In this document: in pieces, positions 58,702-60,694 of the stretch
Layout: each line of letters begins with the position of its first letter
How positions within the stretch are numbered: position 1 is the first letter of the stretch
Assembly (NCBI GenBank): GCA_021372775.1
Contig: JAJFTU010000402.1
Coordinates: 1 to 60,694, forward strand
Length of the DNA: 60,694 nt
Reading direction: 5' to 3'
From: a bacterium
GTDB lineage: Bacteria > Acidobacteriota > Polarisedimenticolia > J045
Program-made: the position numbers and the translations under genes
Notes under the pieces: generated by a model
The model's input: the letters and a program-made list of their open reading frames with translations, nothing else
Told to the model about the DNA's origin: nothing
The model's database searches: none

Positions 58702-58956
58702 TCAGACCGCCGGGACCGGGAACACGGCCGGCGAGATGTCCAAGTAGTACTCCTGGCCCACGACGAAGCTGCCGTCGTTGACGGTGGACACGTTCAGCTT
58801 GCCGCTTGGCGTGTACTTCCAGAACGTCTTGTTCTCCTCGGACGAGTTCTGACCGCCAGTGACGGCGTTGAACTCGTAGTCGTAGACCAGCGCCGGGGAC
58901 GAGTAGTCTTTGTACTCGCGCTTCGAGATGCAGACGAACTTGCAGCGGACTGGCAT
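58702..58956 (-). CDS. hypothetical protein (84 aa)
   Basis: GGAGGG 8 nt upstream of ATG 58956. MPVRCKFVCISKREYK...SEENKTFWKYTPSGKLNVSTVND. Confidence 0.55.
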   Translation of the reverse strand: MPVRCKFVCISKREYKDYSSPALVYDYEFNAVTGGQNSSEENKTFWKYTPSGKLNVSTVNDGSFVVGQEYYLDISPAVFPVPAV

Positions 58957-58996
58957 TGAATCACCCTCCATCAGGTGCCACCGGTCAGGCGGCTGG

Positions 58997-59230
58997 TTAG
59001 GACTTCTTCGTCGCTCCGAACACCTTGCGCACGGCCGGCTCCGCCTCGGCGTAGCTGGCGTAGACGTTCCGCGTCGGCTCCTTCCACGGTCCGTTGCCGC
59101 TGTTGTCCGCCGGGATCTCGACGATGATCCCGCCGTTGTCGGCGGCCTTGATGGTGCACTCCGGCTTCCGCTTGGCCGGCTTCCCGGGCATGGACGGCGC
59201 GGTGCCGGTGACGGTCTCGCTCTTCTTCAT
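58997..59230 (-). CDS. hypothetical protein (77 aa)
   Basis: ATG start. First small gene after TerL. Confidence 0.5.
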   Translation of the reverse strand: MKKSETVTGTAPSMPGKPAKRKPECTIKAADNGGIIVEIPADNSGNGPWKEPTRNVYASYAEAEPAVRKVFGATKKS

Positions 59231-59255
59231 CGCTGCGCTCCTTCTGGTTGTCGAC

Positions 59256-60694
59256 TCACGCCATCCACGACAGGCCGTCCCGGTCCGGGAAGGCCGTCAC
59301 TACCTCGGGCTTCGGCGGCACGGGCTGAACCTTCGCGCGCGCCAGGCCGGAGTGCACGCCGTAGCGCGTCGCGTCCATCACGTGATCGTTCTGCTTCACG
59401 ATCCGGCCCTTCTCGTCGCGCCGGTAGAGCCGGTACTCCTCGAAGAACGCTTTGCACGACGCGAACACCTTGAGCAGGCCGGCCGAGAGCATCGTCCAAA
59501 CGTCGTAGACGCCGGTCTCGACGGCCTTGTCGGGCAGTTCGAGGTCGAGGCCGAGGCTCTGATACGTCGAAATGAGCTGTGCCGCGTCGTGCTCGAGCAT
59601 GATGAGCGCCGCGCAGTCGCCGACGCCCGGAATCCAGGAGCCGCGCGCCTTGATGGCGTTCGCGTGCACGACGGGCTCGGCCGAGTTGCCCTTGTGAACC
59701 GAGTAGAGATACCAGACGTGGCTCTCGGGGTCCTCGGCGAACCAGGTCGCCGCCGTGGGCTTCGCGCCGCCGCCCGCGTCCATGCTGAAACACCGCTTCC
59801 AATGCTTCGGGATCTGGAAGTCGGCCACCGTGATCTCGCTCTCGGCCACCTGGTAGACCGCGCCACTCCCGAGCTGCGGGATGCCCTTGCTGCGCGCGTC
59901 GCGCTGGTAGGGCGGGATGGAGGCCCAGAGCTCGGCGCGGGCCTGCGGCGAGAGGTGTGGAGCGTCGTCCCACGACGCCTGAATCACCGAGACGCTGTCG
60001 TTCGCGGTCTCGAGCGAGTCGATCGCGCCGCCCGGCAGCAGTTGCAGGATGAGCGGCGTCATGCCCTGCAAGGGGGTGAACGTCAGCAGCATCAGGCCGC
60101 CGCCGAGCATGTCCGGCGTGTCCATCGTCCGCAGCAGGCACTCGGTATGGATGTCCTCGGGCGGCTCTTCGTCGAGCAGGATGAAGTGCTGGCTCGTGCC
60201 CTGGAACGCCTCGCGGCGCTGGTCGTAGGACTTGAGCACACACACCGACGTGCCGCCGGAGGCGTGCCTGACTTCGATCGTCTCCACCGCGTCCGGGATG
60301 CCAGCCTTCAGCTTCGGCTTGCCGATGACCAGGTGCTCGGGCAGCATCCGCTTGTTCGGGTTGTCCTTCGGCCCGAGCAGCGTCGACTGGATGATGTCGC
60401 GGACCGTCTTGCCGGTGTCGCCGGCCGCCCACGCGCGAATCGGGCCCGGGAAGCGCCGGCCCGTCCACCACTCCGGGTAGAGGCCGGTCAGGTGGCAGAC
60501 GAGCTCGTAGCAGCCGGTGTCTGTCTTGCCGACGCGGTTCGCGGCGAGGAACACGCGCTCGCGGAAGTCGGCGCCGGCGTCCATGAGCGCGATGTGCTTC
60601 GGGTAGAACTCGCGCGAGAGCGGTCCGCCGTTCGGGAAGTAGCGGAAGAACGGCGACGCGGCGCGCTTCTCGAGCTCCAAGAGTGCGACCGCCT
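59256..60694 (-). CDS. terL: terminase large subunit (main part; 5' end wraps to 1-46)
   Basis: Walker A-like LAANRVGKTDTG, then a later LLDEEP. A C-terminal nuclease-like half. The track start at 60680 is only a TTG, and the frame is open to the window end. Confidence 0.85.
   Translation of the reverse strand, partial: AVALLELEKRAASPFFRYFPNGGPLSREFYPKHIALMDAGADFRERVFLAANRVGKTDTGCYELVCHLTGLYPEWWTGRRFPGPIRAWAAGDTGKTVRDIIQSTLLGPKDNPNKRMLPEHLVIGKPKLKAGIPDAVETIEVRHASGGTSVCVLKSYDQRREAFQGTSQHFILLDEEPPEDIHTECLLRTMDTPDMLGGGLMLLTFTPLQGMTPLILQLLPGGAIDSLETANDSVSVIQASWDDAPHLSPQARAELWASIPPYQRDARSKGIPQLGSGAVYQVAESEITVADFQIPKHWKRCFSMDAGGGAKPTAATWFAEDPESHVWYLYSVHKGNSAEPVVHANAIKARGSWIPGVGDCAALIMLEHDAAQLISTYQSLGLDLELPDKAVETGVYDVWTMLSAGLLKVFASCKAFFEEYRLYRRDEKGRIVKQNDHVMDATRYGVHSGLARAKVQPVPPKPEVVTAFPDRDGLSWMA

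Noticed and set aside
58702-58956. Lower-GC gene as recent horizontal acquisition
   Set aside because: Third codon positions remain mostly G/C. The lower GC comes from K/Y/N/F-rich amino-acid composition, so there is no compositional evidence of foreign origin.
1-60694. CRISPR arrays, rRNA genes, transposases or IS elements, and prophage-host junctions within the window
   Set aside because: No spaced direct-repeat array, rRNA-like segment or transposase motif was seen. The att-like site is internal, and phage genes run continuously to both ends, which themselves appear contiguous.

Overview
High-GC window (about two-thirds G+C by eye) that reads as one complete, circularly permuted genome of a temperate tailed phage, not as chromosome. 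Almost every gene is on the minus strand. The exception is a 2.2-kb plus-strand lysogeny cassette at 20003-22049: CI-like repressor, small secreted-looking protein and tyrosine integrase. It is followed by an attP-like region carrying the 5' half of a tRNA-Arg(UCU) flanked by direct ATCGTGGCAC repeats. Leftward from a Cro-like gene at 19938 lie early, replication and recombination genes: HTH regulators, a possible annealing/ssDNA-binding protein, HNH, SbcD/SbcC-like nuclease, a DNA methyltransferase next to a GNAT-fold protein, RuvC-like resolvase, a sigma region-4 protein, an SF2 helicase, and a putative initiator with iteron-like repeats inside it. Next come terS and three small translationally coupled ORFs. 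TerL appears to span the window ends (59256-60694 plus 1-46), which argues that the two ends are contiguous. Below TerL the head and neck order is P22-like: portal, scaffold, coat, gp4-like, gp10-like. A glycosyltransferase and a SAM-methyltransferase sit inside that module. They are followed by internal-protein-like genes, a 12.6-kb single ORF (4203 aa), tail fibre and esterase genes, a lysis pair, and small accessory genes next to attP. The giant ORF fuses a lytic transglycosylase, an intact GGDEF domain, an N6-adenine methyltransferase, an SF2 helicase and an HExxH motif. It also contains a 101-codon out-of-frame ORF with its own strong SD and promoter-like hexamers. No rRNA, complete tRNA, CRISPR array or transposase was seen. 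All family assignments come from motif reading and memory, not from searches. The ORF track starts ORFs at GTG or TTG as well as ATG, and many track ORFs were trimmed to internal starts supported by an SD or a stop/start overlap.
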